NCBI GenBank assembly: GCA_043818055.1
Contig: JBDRGF010000021.1
Coordinates: 1 to 23,212, forward strand
Length of the DNA: 23,212 nucleotides
Direction of reading: 5' to 3'
Source: Pseudomonadota bacterium
GTDB taxonomy: Bacteria; UBA10199; 2-02-FULL-44-16; JBDRGF01
Shown here: in pieces, positions 1 to 8,363 of the stretch
How the letters are laid out: each line of letters begins with the position of its first letter
Numbering within the stretch: position 1 is the first letter of the stretch
Made by a program: the position numbers and the translations under genes
The notes under the pieces: generated by a model
The model's database searches: none
The model's input: only the letters and a program-made list of their open reading frames with translations
What the model was told of the DNA's origin: nothing

Positions 1-1472
1 GGTATCGTGCTCAGAAAGAGCATGTCGAATTCAAATGGTTTCTTTTCGCCGTCGATCACCTTGTCGAGGATGCCGTTTCCATCCGTATCCTTCCAGCCAT
101 CCTGAGCCAAGAGCTCAGCTGCCTTTGCGAGGTCAAATGGATATGGCGTGATGCTCGAATCGTACTCCGGTTGCCATGGCATGATATCGACGGTCGTGAC
201 CCCGCCTAAATTCATGAGCACATTTTTGAGTATGCCCTCCCTGTCGAAGGCGTGAGTCATAGCCTGTCTGACGAGCTTGCTTTTGAAAATCGGTTTCGCT
301 GCGTTCCACGCGATATAATAGTAAACGGTTCTTGGATATGTCTGATAGTTGAGTTCTCCTTTTTTGAATGGGCTGTCCTGATTTTCACCGATGATATCCT
401 CTCTGTAAACCGTCTCTTCCAAAAGCTCTATGAGATCGACTTCACCAGATTGCAGTTTCAGATATTGGGATTGCATGTCGGGAGTTATCATATAAGTTAC
501 CCTTTTTGAGGGTGGTTTTGGGTTTAGGTTGTAATCTTCATTTCTTTCGAAGACTACCTTCACGCCGCTCACATGCTCGGCAAATCTGTATGGCCCGCAT
601 CCGATCATGCGATCATTGTACCAGTGGGAGTTGAATTTGAGACCGAGCGTCTCATCTGGAAAACGTGTACCATCCTCATCATAAGCATATAAAAACTCCG
701 GCAGGATGTTGAATTCCTCAAATGTGTTGGCTTTGGAGATATATAGTGGCTCGATCCATTCGAACTTCACCGTGTAGTCATCGATGACCTCGACATTTTT
801 GAGTTTTTCAAACATCTGGCGCGTGGGACCTACTTCGGCCTGAGTATTCATGATCATGTCGTATGTAAATTTCACATCATGGGCCGTGACATAGTGATCC
901 CCCTTGAGCCATTCATAACGGGGATTCATAAAATCAACCGCAGGGGCGTGCCATTTCACGCCGGGCTTTAAGTAGATGATAAAATCCTTGTCATCGACTA
1001 GCTCAACCCTCTCTGCGAGCTCTCTCACCCATGTGTTAGCGTCGTTCCATTTTCGTCTTGCGAAGTTGCACATGACGTAGTTTGCGTAGCGGGATCTCAC
1101 ATAGGAGCTATTTTCCACGAGGACGTTGTACCCCTTCTCCTCTGAATCAGCGGCTACGAATAGTTCGTTATCGAAATTGGCATCTGGACTTAGCTCGAAA
1201 AAATTTCCACCGACTGTGATATCGGCAAGCTCCGGATGGAGATATTTTTTCTGTTTTTCCTCTGTGGAAGTTGTGTTTTGAGGTGTTTCAGAAGGAATTA
1301 CAATCTGCGAACTCAAAATCCTGCCGGTAAGCATCTTTTCGATCTTTGATTCGAGGTTTATAACCCGTTTTTCATAGTTGTTGGTCTGATACATGATTGC
1401 CGCTAGCATAAAGAGGACGCACACGGTTATAACGGTTTTAATGATCATCCAGAGATACTGTGACTGCTTCAT
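1..1472 (-). CDS. ABC transporter peptide/oligopeptide substrate-binding protein (SBP family 5), 3'-truncated by window edge
   Basis: Not in ORF track; translated by hand from ATG at 1472 with SD AGGAG (complement of 1480-1484): MKQSQYLWMIIKTVITVCVLFML...YLKPGVKWH...VTAHDVKFTYD...VIDDYTVKF...GCGPYRF...VRQAMTHAFDRE...PFDLAKAAELL, typical OppA/DppA motifs; N-terminal hydrophobic anchor. Confidence 0.9.
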   Translation of the reverse strand, partial: MKQSQYLWMIIKTVITVCVLFMLAAIMYQTNNYEKRVINLESKIEKMLTGRILSSQIVIPSETPQNTTSTEEKQKKYLHPELADITVGGNFFELSPDANFDNELFVAADSEEKGYNVLVENSSYVRSRYANYVMCNFARRKWNDANTWVRELAERVELVDDKDFIIYLKPGVKWHAPAVDFMNPRYEWLKGDHYVTAHDVKFTYDMIMNTQAEVGPTRQMFEKLKNVEVIDDYTVKFEWIEPLYISKANTFEEFNILPEFLYAYDEDGTRFPDETLGLKFNSHWYNDRMIGCGPYRFAEHVSGVKVVFERNEDYNLNPKPPSKRVTYMITPDMQSQYLKLQSGEVDLIELLEETVYREDIIGENQDSPFKKGELNYQTYPRTVYYYIAWNAAKPIFKSKLVRQAMTHAFDREGILKNVLMNLGGVTTVDIMPWQPEYDSSITPYPFDLAKAAELLAQDGWKDTDGNGILDKVIDGEKKPFEFDMLFLSTI

Positions 1473-1518
1473 ATTGGGACTCCTTCTTAAGAAACAAGAC
1501 CGCCTTTTATTATGGATA

Positions 1519-1544
1519 TTCGCGGCTATTGCAAGTAAAAGTTG
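1519..1544 (-). promoter_or_regulatory. Putative sigma28-like promoter variant CAACTTTT-N10-GCCGCGAA upstream of the SBP gene
   Basis: Same CAACTTTT-N10-GCCG motif as at 3567-3592 on the + strand; two mismatches to the GCCGATAA -10. Confidence 0.3.
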
Positions 1545-1605
1545 GGTTTGGGGAGGGGGCTAAAAAAGGCAAAGCATATTCAATAACAATTCCCTCTCCC
1601 ATGAT

Positions 1606-1722
1606 GAGGCTGTTGCCGAACTAAAATGTAGGGGTAACCCCCCGTGGTTGCCCTCTTATAAGGGCAGGCACTTTCGGCCTGCCCCTACAAAAACTCAAAA
1701 AACGGACTTCGGCAACAGCCTC
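1606..1722. mobile_element. MITE-like element (117 bp) with perfect 15-bp terminal inverted repeats
   Basis: GAGGCTGTTGCCGAA (1606-1620) and TTCGGCAACAGCCTC (1708-1722); ends resemble IS1182/IS5-type termini; non-coding; no clear target site duplication. Confidence 0.65.
1627..1689. repeat. Inverted GTAG-family REP doublet (REPIN-like)
   Basis: GTAGGGGTAACCCCCCGTGGTTGCCCT (1628-1654) and, on the - strand, GTAGGGGCAGGCCGAAAGTGCCTGCCCT (1661-1688); each is a GTAG foot followed by a GC-rich palindrome. Confidence 0.75.
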
Positions 1723-1851
1723 GGTAAGGAGTAGAATTTTTAGATTCTACCTCAACTTATTGATAAGTTACCAACAAGATTGTTAACGTGCTGTAAAAAC
1801 AAAGAAAAATCACTCTACCGTTATTTACCCTTTTTTATCCCCTCATATCAG

Positions 1852-1881
1852 ATTCGCGAATATTCGCGAATATTCGCGAAT
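1852..1881. repeat. Three tandem copies of the perfect 10-bp palindrome ATTCGCGAAT (candidate operator)
   Basis: ATTCGCGAAT x3 read directly, ending 5 bp before a TTGACA box. Confidence 0.85.
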
Positions 1882-1886
1882 AAATA

Positions 1887-1915
1887 TTGACAATATTGAT
1901 GATCGATCATATTCT
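1887..1915 (+). promoter_or_regulatory. Sigma70-type promoter of the Schlafen/AlbA_2 gene
   Basis: TTGACA (1887-1892), 17 bp spacer, TATTCT (1910-1915); ATG at 1925 has no SD. Confidence 0.7.
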
Positions 1916-1924
1916 ACATTCATT

Positions 1925-3283
1925 ATGATCGATAAAAAGAGGCTTATTAAGGCTATTGCAGAGGGAGAGGGGCTTTTTCAGGAGTTTAAAATCTCGCTGG
2001 AAAAAGTGGATCGCACGATGGTGGCCTTCGCTAATACAAAAGGAGGTGTTATCTTTCTTGGAGTGGATGATCTGGGTGATATTAGATCTTTCAATTTGTC
2101 TAATCGGATGAAGGCTCAGATTCAGGATATAGCGAAGAATATAGATCCTCCTCTTGAAGTCAGTTGCATAGATTTGAAAAAGGCTGCAGCAATTATAGTC
2201 AATGAGGGAGAGAATAAACCTTATAAGTGTTCAGATGGTTTTTTTATCAGAGTGGGTGCGACGAATCAGAAACTTTCCAGAGATCAAATTCTGGACATAG
2301 CGGTTCAGTTTAATAGCGTACGTTTCGAGTCGTTGCAGGATTTGCGATTTGAATATCCCCGGGATTTTTCTGAAGTTGCATTTCGTGATTTTGTTGATCG
2401 TTCAAATTTGGAGCATGCTTACAAAACAATGGGATTGGAGGATTTTCTAATATCATTAAGCGTTTGTGAGAGACAAGGCGGAAGACTGATTTTCAATAAT
2501 GCAGGAATTCTCTTCTTTGCCAAAAATCCTCAACAGTTTATGCCGCAGGCAAAACTCAATTACACGCGATATCAGGGGGTGAGCAAGACTCACATTGTTG
2601 ATCGCATGGTTTATTCAGGCACGCTTTCCGATCAACTTGACAAGGTTTATAAGAAGCTTCTTTTTGATATTCCTGTTGGTTATAAACTTGCAGATCAGGA
2701 AACAAGACAGGAGTTTCCTGCTTATCCATTGAGGGCTCTTGAAGAGGCTATTATCAATGCATTGATTCACAGGGATTATTATGAAAGTGGCGCCGAGATT
2801 ATGATCGATTATTTTTCAGACCGAATCGAAGTATCAAACCCCGGGTCTCTGATGGGTAGCTTAACTTTAGATAAACTCGGGAACAAATCCTTAAGGCGAA
2901 ATCCCATAATTGCCGAATTGATGTACAGATTGGAAAAGGGAGAAAAACTCGGTTCTGGCATTGCAAGGATGAGGGCATTGATGAATGAGTGGAAGTTGCT
3001 TCCCCCGAATTTTGAATTGGATGAGAAATTTTTTTCTGTAATATTTGTTGGGCCAAAACATAAAATTTCAGAAGAGAAGGTGTTGATGTTATCCCCAAGA
3101 TTAAAAGAGTTTCTTGAAAAACAAAATCAGGTATCAGAACCCTTTACAACACTTACGTATGCCTCACTGCTTAACGTATCCCAGCGCACTGCTCAGAAAG
3201 ACCTGGAAATCCTAATTCAAAAAAAAATAGTAAAAAAAGAGGGCAAAGGAAAAGGAACTCATTATCGGTTTACATCTGGATAA
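1925..3283 (+). CDS. Schlafen/AlbA_2 domain + HATPase_c_4 (RecG C-terminal-like) + C-terminal winged HTH protein
   Basis: EGEGLFQEFK and AFANTKGGVIFLGVDD (AlbA_2); YPLRALEEAIINALIHRDY, DRIEVSNPG, RNPIIAELM, GEKLGSGIARM (HATPase_c_4); VSQRTAQKDLEIL...GKGKGTHY (wHTH). Confidence 0.9.
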   Translation: MIDKKRLIKAIAEGEGLFQEFKISLEKVDRTMVAFANTKGGVIFLGVDDLGDIRSFNLSNRMKAQIQDIAKNIDPPLEVSCIDLKKAAAIIVNEGENKPYKCSDGFFIRVGATNQKLSRDQILDIAVQFNSVRFESLQDLRFEYPRDFSEVAFRDFVDRSNLEHAYKTMGLEDFLISLSVCERQGGRLIFNNAGILFFAKNPQQFMPQAKLNYTRYQGVSKTHIVDRMVYSGTLSDQLDKVYKKLLFDIPVGYKLADQETRQEFPAYPLRALEEAIINALIHRDYYESGAEIMIDYFSDRIEVSNPGSLMGSLTLDKLGNKSLRRNPIIAELMYRLEKGEKLGSGIARMRALMNEWKLLPPNFELDEKFFSVIFVGPKHKISEEKVLMLSPRLKEFLEKQNQVSEPFTTLTYASLLNVSQRTAQKDLEILIQKKIVKKEGKGKGTHYRFTSG

Positions 3284-3312
3284 AGCATTTGGTTGTCATT
3301 CGAGAGTTTTGA

Positions 3313-3453
3313 TCAAAACAGTAAGAGACAATCCACCAAATACGATTGGTCAATATTCCTCATCTTTTCAGTAGATGGAAATAAATATGGCGTGAGGATG
3401 AGGTTGGATAACTGATTTGAATTAAAGGGTTTTTCTGCGATATTTTTATCCAT
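3313..3453 (-). CDS. Small hypothetical ORF (46 aa) or gene remnant
   Basis: MDKNIAEKPFNSNQLSNLILTPYLFPSTEKMRNIDQSYLVDCLLLF*; preceded by four direct repeats and an extended -10; no recognisable homology. Confidence 0.25.
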   Translation of the reverse strand: MDKNIAEKPFNSNQLSNLILTPYLFPSTEKMRNIDQSYLVDCLLLF

Positions 3454-3507
3454 AATCAGTCTAAAATCAGTCTGGTGATTAGTCTAATAATCGGTCTAAT
3501 TATACCA
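3454..3507 (-). promoter_or_regulatory. Extended -10 (TGGTATAAT) followed by four ~10-bp direct repeats
   Basis: + strand AATCAGTCTA 3454, AATCAGTCTG 3465, GATTAGTCTA 3477, AATCGGTCTA 3489 (spacing 11/12/12); ATTATACCA at 3499-3507 reads TGGTATAAT on the - strand. Confidence 0.5.
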
Positions 3508-3566
3508 CCCTTATTCACTGTTTTGCTTAATTCTTAATCCTTACAACTTAATTCTGATTTTATGCA

Positions 3567-3592
3567 CAACTTTTCGATTTTGCAGCCGATAA
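3567..3592 (+). promoter_or_regulatory. Putative sigma28 (FliA)-type promoter
   Basis: Perfect GCCGATAA at 3585-3592 with ACAACTTT 11 bp upstream (consensus TAAAGTTT-N11-GCCGATAA). Confidence 0.5.
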
Positions 3593-3597
3593 GTAAA

Positions 3598-3732
3598 TCA
3601 GTGTTTAAGTGTAGAAGTGTTTAAGTTTTTGACGCGTTGTGTATGGCAAAAAGTGTTGAAGTGTAGGAGTGCAGAAGTGTTTGAGTTATTGATAACCGTG
3701 TCTTTTTCTTAACTTCTATACTTAAACACTGA
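3598..3732. repeat. Octamer tandem-repeat hairpin (AAGTGTAG/AAGTGTTT units) in the 5' leader
   Basis: TCAGTGTTTAAGTGTAGAAGT (3598-3618) pairs with ACTTCTATACTTAAACACTGA (3712-3732), 21 bp with one G-T; further units at 3651-3685. Confidence 0.75.
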
Positions 3733-3743
3733 GAAACATAATT

Positions 3744-4844
3744 ATGAAAAAGCTTCTTTTAACATCACTTGTATTGCTAATCAGCGCATCCTGCTCTTCA
3801 AGCAGTCAGTTCTCGGGCTGGCAGGATGTTGTCTTTGATGCTACGCCTGTGGGACAGGCAGCCAAGCAGACCTTTACGGTTGGTGAGATCGACCCTTCAA
3901 CTGAAAGACATATACTCGGTATCGATTTTGATAAATCCAGTAATTCAGCCGGGCATTTTCGTCTTGAAAATGTGATGGTGGGAAATAAGCTTGTCAATAA
4001 ACGCGATATTGTCATCCCTCCGGGGAGCGCTCTGTCGATGACCGTTACCTATTCTCCGCTCGATCTTTTGACGACAAAGGCCTCATATGGCGGTTGGACG
4101 ACGGGAAGGGAGGAGCGCTGGGAACCGGTTAATCCCGACGAGTTGGAGCAGAAACAGAAAAAGGATGAACTCTCCGCGATTCACCGATCCCTCGTCTATA
4201 CACTCTATGATGTGAAGGGGGAGGGGATACTGACAGTGCAACTGATAGGTAAGGCTATTCCCGGCCTCAATGGTGAAGTATCAATTCCCAGAGCCGGTGG
4301 GCCTTGCACGCCGGGTGGCGGGACCGCCTGTTACACAGGTGGCTTTGCCGTCGATCTTCCTGAACTCGCTCCGGGTGGGCCTAAGGATATGGAGCTTGTT
4401 GGTCCAATCAGATTTGCTATCTCAGGCAACGATGTAGAGATGAGGGGAGATGATTTTGCTCCGGCTCTCATGCACTTAAGCTCGGCTGACAACCCCCAGC
4501 TTCCGGGCGGTCTGGTGTTGACACTTATCGTAAGCGGGGCGGAAGGAAAGGTTTTCAAAGGGACATTCGACGGTGCGAGACTGACGCTCAAGGATGTCGT
4601 TTTCAGGGTTCGTGTTGTATTGGATACACTCAAAGCGGAGGATCTGCAGACCGGTGTGGCTGCCTCCGTCGATTTTGAAGTCCCTAATCTCGAGATCAAG
4701 ACAACCGAGCCTCTGACTCAGGGTAATATAACTCTTCATATGGAGACCACTCTGCCTCCATCACCATCCGGCAATCCAATCTTCGATCAGTTCCTTTCAA
4801 ACGCCAAGATCATCCTGATCATGAAGGGCGAGTTGGCGATGTAA
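3744..4844 (+). CDS. Hypothetical lipoprotein
   Basis: 366 aa; MKK + hydrophobic stretch + lipobox-like SASC; beta-rich; no recognised family. Confidence 0.75.
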   Translation: MKKLLLTSLVLLISASCSSSSQFSGWQDVVFDATPVGQAAKQTFTVGEIDPSTERHILGIDFDKSSNSAGHFRLENVMVGNKLVNKRDIVIPPGSALSMTVTYSPLDLLTTKASYGGWTTGREERWEPVNPDELEQKQKKDELSAIHRSLVYTLYDVKGEGILTVQLIGKAIPGLNGEVSIPRAGGPCTPGGGTACYTGGFAVDLPELAPGGPKDMELVGPIRFAISGNDVEMRGDDFAPALMHLSSADNPQLPGGLVLTLIVSGAEGKVFKGTFDGARLTLKDVVFRVRVVLDTLKAEDLQTGVAASVDFEVPNLEIKTTEPLTQGNITLHMETTLPPSPSGNPIFDQFLSNAKIILIMKGELAM

Positions 4845-4845
4845 A

Positions 4846-5032
4846 GGCAGTATGTGGTATGTAGCATGTGGCATGTGGTGGAAAACCAACAACAACCGTG
4901 CCCTTCACCCTTTCAGCTCGATGCTGATCCGCCTCTGGTGGAGATGGGGGGCCATGTCGAATGACGTGGCGTAGGGCGGATGGAGGTGAATTTTTTGTAC
5001 TACATGCCACATGCTCAGCACTACATGCTGCC
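4846..5032 (+). repeat. CATGTGG-flanked composite palindromic element, copy 1 (diverged, with internal insertion)
   Basis: GGCAGTATGTGGTATGTAGCATGTGGCATGTGG...CCCTTCACCC...GTAGGGCGGATGGAGGTGA...CTACATGCCACATGC...CTACATGCTGCC. Confidence 0.8.
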
Positions 5033-5096
5033 GTATAAAAATTGCCAAAAACATCGAAGGATGCTAGATATCTCCGATAAAGTTTTAGGGGGATAA

Positions 5097-7184
5097 ATGT
5101 TCAGGGGGTATTTCACAAAAGTATTTTCTATTATTTTACTTATAGGCTTTGTTATGAGTTGTAATTCAACCTCTGAACAAAAAACCACTTCTAAGGACGC
5201 TTTTCCTCCGAAAAACTCCTTTATAATGATAAAAGATAATAATGTTAAAACTCCGGTTTCAAACACGGTGCTTTCTCTTACAGCAGAAGATGATGTCGCT
5301 GTTGTGGTGTATTACATCTCTGAAGATTCTCAAGTACCCAGGTCAGATGACGCAAGATGGGTTAAACTATCGCAGCCGGCAAAAGAGCTGAAGCTGAAAG
5401 CGGTCCCATTCACGCTTTCCAAGGGAAACGGCATCAAGAATCTGTATGTCTGGTTCATGGATGAGGCGGGAAACATTTCTGCACCTGCAACAGCGACGAC
5501 AGAATTCACTGAGTCGGAGGCGATAAAAGCATTTGCGCCCGCTAATGCATCGATGGATGTCGATTATACACCTGAGATCTCTGTAGAGTTCAAAGTTCCG
5601 ATGGATCCGGCTACGATCAATGATACAGCTTTTAAATTAGGGCGCTTTTATGCGTGGAGTGAAACACCCGTTCAGGGGAACGTGAAGTTTGATGAGAAAC
5701 TCAATAAAGTGTTGTTTGTTCCAGCTGCTCGATTACAACCCGGTCTTTACGGTGTTACCCTCTCAAAAGATGTGATGACTCTTGCTGGAAATAGACTCGT
5801 CGGAGATGTGAATTGGGTCTTTATTACGAAGGTGCCGGTTAAGGCTCCTCTTTTTGCACCAGCGCCCGGTCCTTATGAATCCCCGACTGTAACGGTATCC
5901 ATCACTTCGCCTGAAAATCTCGATATTTATTTTACAACTGATGGAACTGAACCGACACCTTTGACAGGTACGAAATATAACGTTCCGATCATTATAGATA
6001 GGGGCTATGGTTTTAAGGCTATCGCTGCTTTATCGGAACAATCCTTTAGCCCAGTATCCCCAGCAGATTACGATATCCTCTGGTGGTCATTTGTTCCGGG
6101 TGGGATGACTGGAGCTATCTTCGATATCGTAGCTGGAAACAATACAGATCTATATGTTGGAGGATATTTTAAGAACGCGAATGTTGGAGATGGCACAACA
6201 GAGTCGGTGAACAATATAGCAAAGTGGAATGCCGCGTCACGTCGGTGGCAGGATCTCGATACCGGGGCTAGTGCAGCGGTGAGGGCACTCTTATTTGATG
6301 GTAAAAAACAGGTGCTCTATGCCGGTGGGGACTTTCTAAAAATCGGCCATATAGCTGTTGACCATATTGCAAGATGGGACGGTACAACTTGGAATAAGCT
6401 CGCAACAACAGCCATGCAAAAGGATGGTGTAGATGGGACAGTCTTTGCTCTTGCTATGGATAATAGCAATCATCTTTACGTCGGTGGTTTTTTTAATAAT
6501 GCAGGTGGAAAACCTGCCGAGAATATTGCGATGTGGGATGGTCTGCAGTGGTCAGCGTTGGGGCAGGGAGTGAATGGAAAGGTGCACGATATAGCGATAG
6601 ACTCAAAAGGGATGGTCTATGCGGTAGGGGAATTCAAATTGGCAGGTGGAAAGGGTGCAGATTTAATAGCTCAATGGAATCCGGATACCAAACAATGGAG
6701 CTCCCTCCCCGGACTTATCAATCTGAACAACGGATGTGCATTAGCCATCGATAAAAATGACACCCTCTATGTCGGCTTGTGCGATCTTCCCATTTCTTCA
6801 AGCGGGAAGAAGGGTGTGGCGAAATGGGATGGAAATAGCTGGAACATGGTTGGAAATGAATTCAACGCATCAGTGTACGGTCTGAAGATTATCAATGATG
6901 AACTCTATGCTGGAAGCCGCTTTTCCAAGGCGGGGGATTATGCTACCAGGAGCATTGAAAAGTGGGATGGACATAAGTGGGTCGGGGTCGGCATCAATCG
7001 CAGTGTATTTAGCATACAAGGATCCAAACTGACAGTCCTAGGTCAACCTTCTCAGATGACACTCGAATCACTTCAGGGCAATGTCAGCGCAATCGCCTCC
7101 GATGCCTTAGGCTCGATCTACATCGTTGGAGATTTCAGTCAGCTTGGCAATTACCCTGTTATCAAATGGGGGTTGGTGGAGTAG
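5097..7184 (+). CDS. Multidomain surface lipoprotein: Ig-like (Big_5), chitobiase/Fn3-associated domain, C-terminal beta-propeller
   Basis: Lipobox VMSC; ISVEFKVPMDPATIN (Big_5-like); PLFAPAPGPY...IYFTTDGTEPT...YNVPI (CHB_HEX_C_1-like); repeated LYVGGxF...IAxWDGxxW blades; SD GGGGGA. Confidence 0.8.
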   Translation: MFRGYFTKVFSIILLIGFVMSCNSTSEQKTTSKDAFPPKNSFIMIKDNNVKTPVSNTVLSLTAEDDVAVVVYYISEDSQVPRSDDARWVKLSQPAKELKLKAVPFTLSKGNGIKNLYVWFMDEAGNISAPATATTEFTESEAIKAFAPANASMDVDYTPEISVEFKVPMDPATINDTAFKLGRFYAWSETPVQGNVKFDEKLNKVLFVPAARLQPGLYGVTLSKDVMTLAGNRLVGDVNWVFITKVPVKAPLFAPAPGPYESPTVTVSITSPENLDIYFTTDGTEPTPLTGTKYNVPIIIDRGYGFKAIAALSEQSFSPVSPADYDILWWSFVPGGMTGAIFDIVAGNNTDLYVGGYFKNANVGDGTTESVNNIAKWNAASRRWQDLDTGASAAVRALLFDGKKQVLYAGGDFLKIGHIAVDHIARWDGTTWNKLATTAMQKDGVDGTVFALAMDNSNHLYVGGFFNNAGGKPAENIAMWDGLQWSALGQGVNGKVHDIAIDSKGMVYAVGEFKLAGGKGADLIAQWNPDTKQWSSLPGLINLNNGCALAIDKNDTLYVGLCDLPISSSGKKGVAKWDGNSWNMVGNEFNASVYGLKIINDELYAGSRFSKAGDYATRSIEKWDGHKWVGVGINRSVFSIQGSKLTVLGQPSQMTLESLQGNVSAIASDALGSIYIVGDFSQLGNYPVIKWGLVE

Positions 7185-7197
7185 GGAGAAATAACAT

Positions 7198-8223
7198 TTG
7201 AGAAACTATATTTTAAGAAGGTTGATCTTGATGATCCCGACATTCATCGGGATAACCTTCGTTACATTTTTTATCACTCAGATCGTGCCGGGAGGTCCGA
7301 TCGAGCAGATGCTCAATCGCCCGATGTCCTCCTTTGGCGAAGCGGGGACATCTGCGACCGACAGGAACATCAGCGTCAATCAGCTCACTGAAGAGGATAT
7401 GGCGACTTTGCGCGAGTTCTATGGCTATGACAAACCGATCATCATTCGCTATCTCAAATGGCTCAACAATGTCGCGCACCTGAATTTCGGGGATTCGTAT
7501 CGCTACTTTACGCCCGTGATGGAGATCATAGCGAGCAAGCTCCCCGTCTCGATTTTCTATGGCCTTATATCAACGATCCTCGTCTATGCCGTCTGCATTC
7601 CGCTGGGGCTTGTCAAAGCTATAAAACATCGGAGTATGATGGATAATGCCTCGAGCATCGCGATATTCGCAGGATACGCAATACCTCCATTCGCGCTCGG
7701 CATGTTTTTGCTGACCGTTTTTGCCACCAAGTACAGCTTCTTTCCCCTTGGAGGGTTTGTAAGTGACAATTTTTCGGATCTCTCATTTTTAGAACAGCTC
7801 TCTGATTTGTTTCGCCATGCCATCCTACCCCTCATCTGCTACATGATCGGGTCATTCGCCTTCATGACGATGCTGATGAAGAACAGCGTAATAGAAAATA
7901 TGAGTTCCGACTATGTGAAGACGGCACTCGCTAAAGGAGTGACATATAAACGAGCGATCTTCTCTCACGCATTCAGAAACTCGCTGATCCCGATAGCGAC
8001 GAGCTTTGGAAATGTGATAAGCCTCTTCATAGCGGGTTCGTTTTTGATCGAGATGATATTCAACATAGATGGCATGGGATATCTGGGATACACTTCGATA
8101 GTCGAACGCGATTATCCCATAGTGCTCGGCATCCTCGTGATAGCGAGCATGTTGAAATTAGTTGGCAACCTCCTCTCGGATATGTGTGTAGCATTCGTAG
8201 ATCCGAGGGTCAGGTTTAAGTGA
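7198..8223 (+). CDS. yejB: Peptide ABC transporter permease (YejB/OppB family)
   Basis: YILRRLILMIPT...PGGPIEQ, DYVKTALAKG, HAFRNSLIP, RDYPIV, DPR; TTG start with SD GGGAG. Confidence 0.88.
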   Translation: MRNYILRRLILMIPTFIGITFVTFFITQIVPGGPIEQMLNRPMSSFGEAGTSATDRNISVNQLTEEDMATLREFYGYDKPIIIRYLKWLNNVAHLNFGDSYRYFTPVMEIIASKLPVSIFYGLISTILVYAVCIPLGLVKAIKHRSMMDNASSIAIFAGYAIPPFALGMFLLTVFATKYSFFPLGGFVSDNFSDLSFLEQLSDLFRHAILPLICYMIGSFAFMTMLMKNSVIENMSSDYVKTALAKGVTYKRAIFSHAFRNSLIPIATSFGNVISLFIAGSFLIEMIFNIDGMGYLGYTSIVERDYPIVLGILVIASMLKLVGNLLSDMCVAFVDPRVRFK

Positions 8224-8231
8224 AAAGAAAA

Positions 8232-8354
8232 GGCGCATGTGGCATGTAGCATGTGGCATGTAGTAAAACCTCAACCACCAAGCCCTTCCCCTGGAGGGGG
8301 GAAGGTGCCTGTAGGGCGGAAGGGGGTGAGGTTTTTACCACATGCTACATGCTG
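8232..8354 (+). repeat. CATGTGG-flanked composite palindromic element, copy 2
   Basis: GGCGCATGTGGCATGTAGCATGTGGCATGTAGTAAAACCTC...CCCTTCCCCTGGAGGGGGGAAGG...GGGGGTGAGGTTTTTACCACATGCTACATGC. Confidence 0.9.
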
Positions 8355-8363
8355 TATTATATT

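Noticed and set aside
252..509. 85-aa + strand ORF and the other short antisense or alternate-frame ORFs in the track
   Set aside because: Shadows of well-supported genes; no motifs or independent initiation signals.
1591..1750. Target site duplication around the MITE-like element; GTAGAAT/ATTCTAC hairpin at 1731-1750 as a terminator
   Set aside because: The flanks ATGAT and GGTAA do not match; the hairpin is short, AT-rich and lacks a U-tract.
1925..3283. Annotation as RecG helicase
   Set aside because: No SF2 helicase motifs; only the HATPase_c_4-type region is present.
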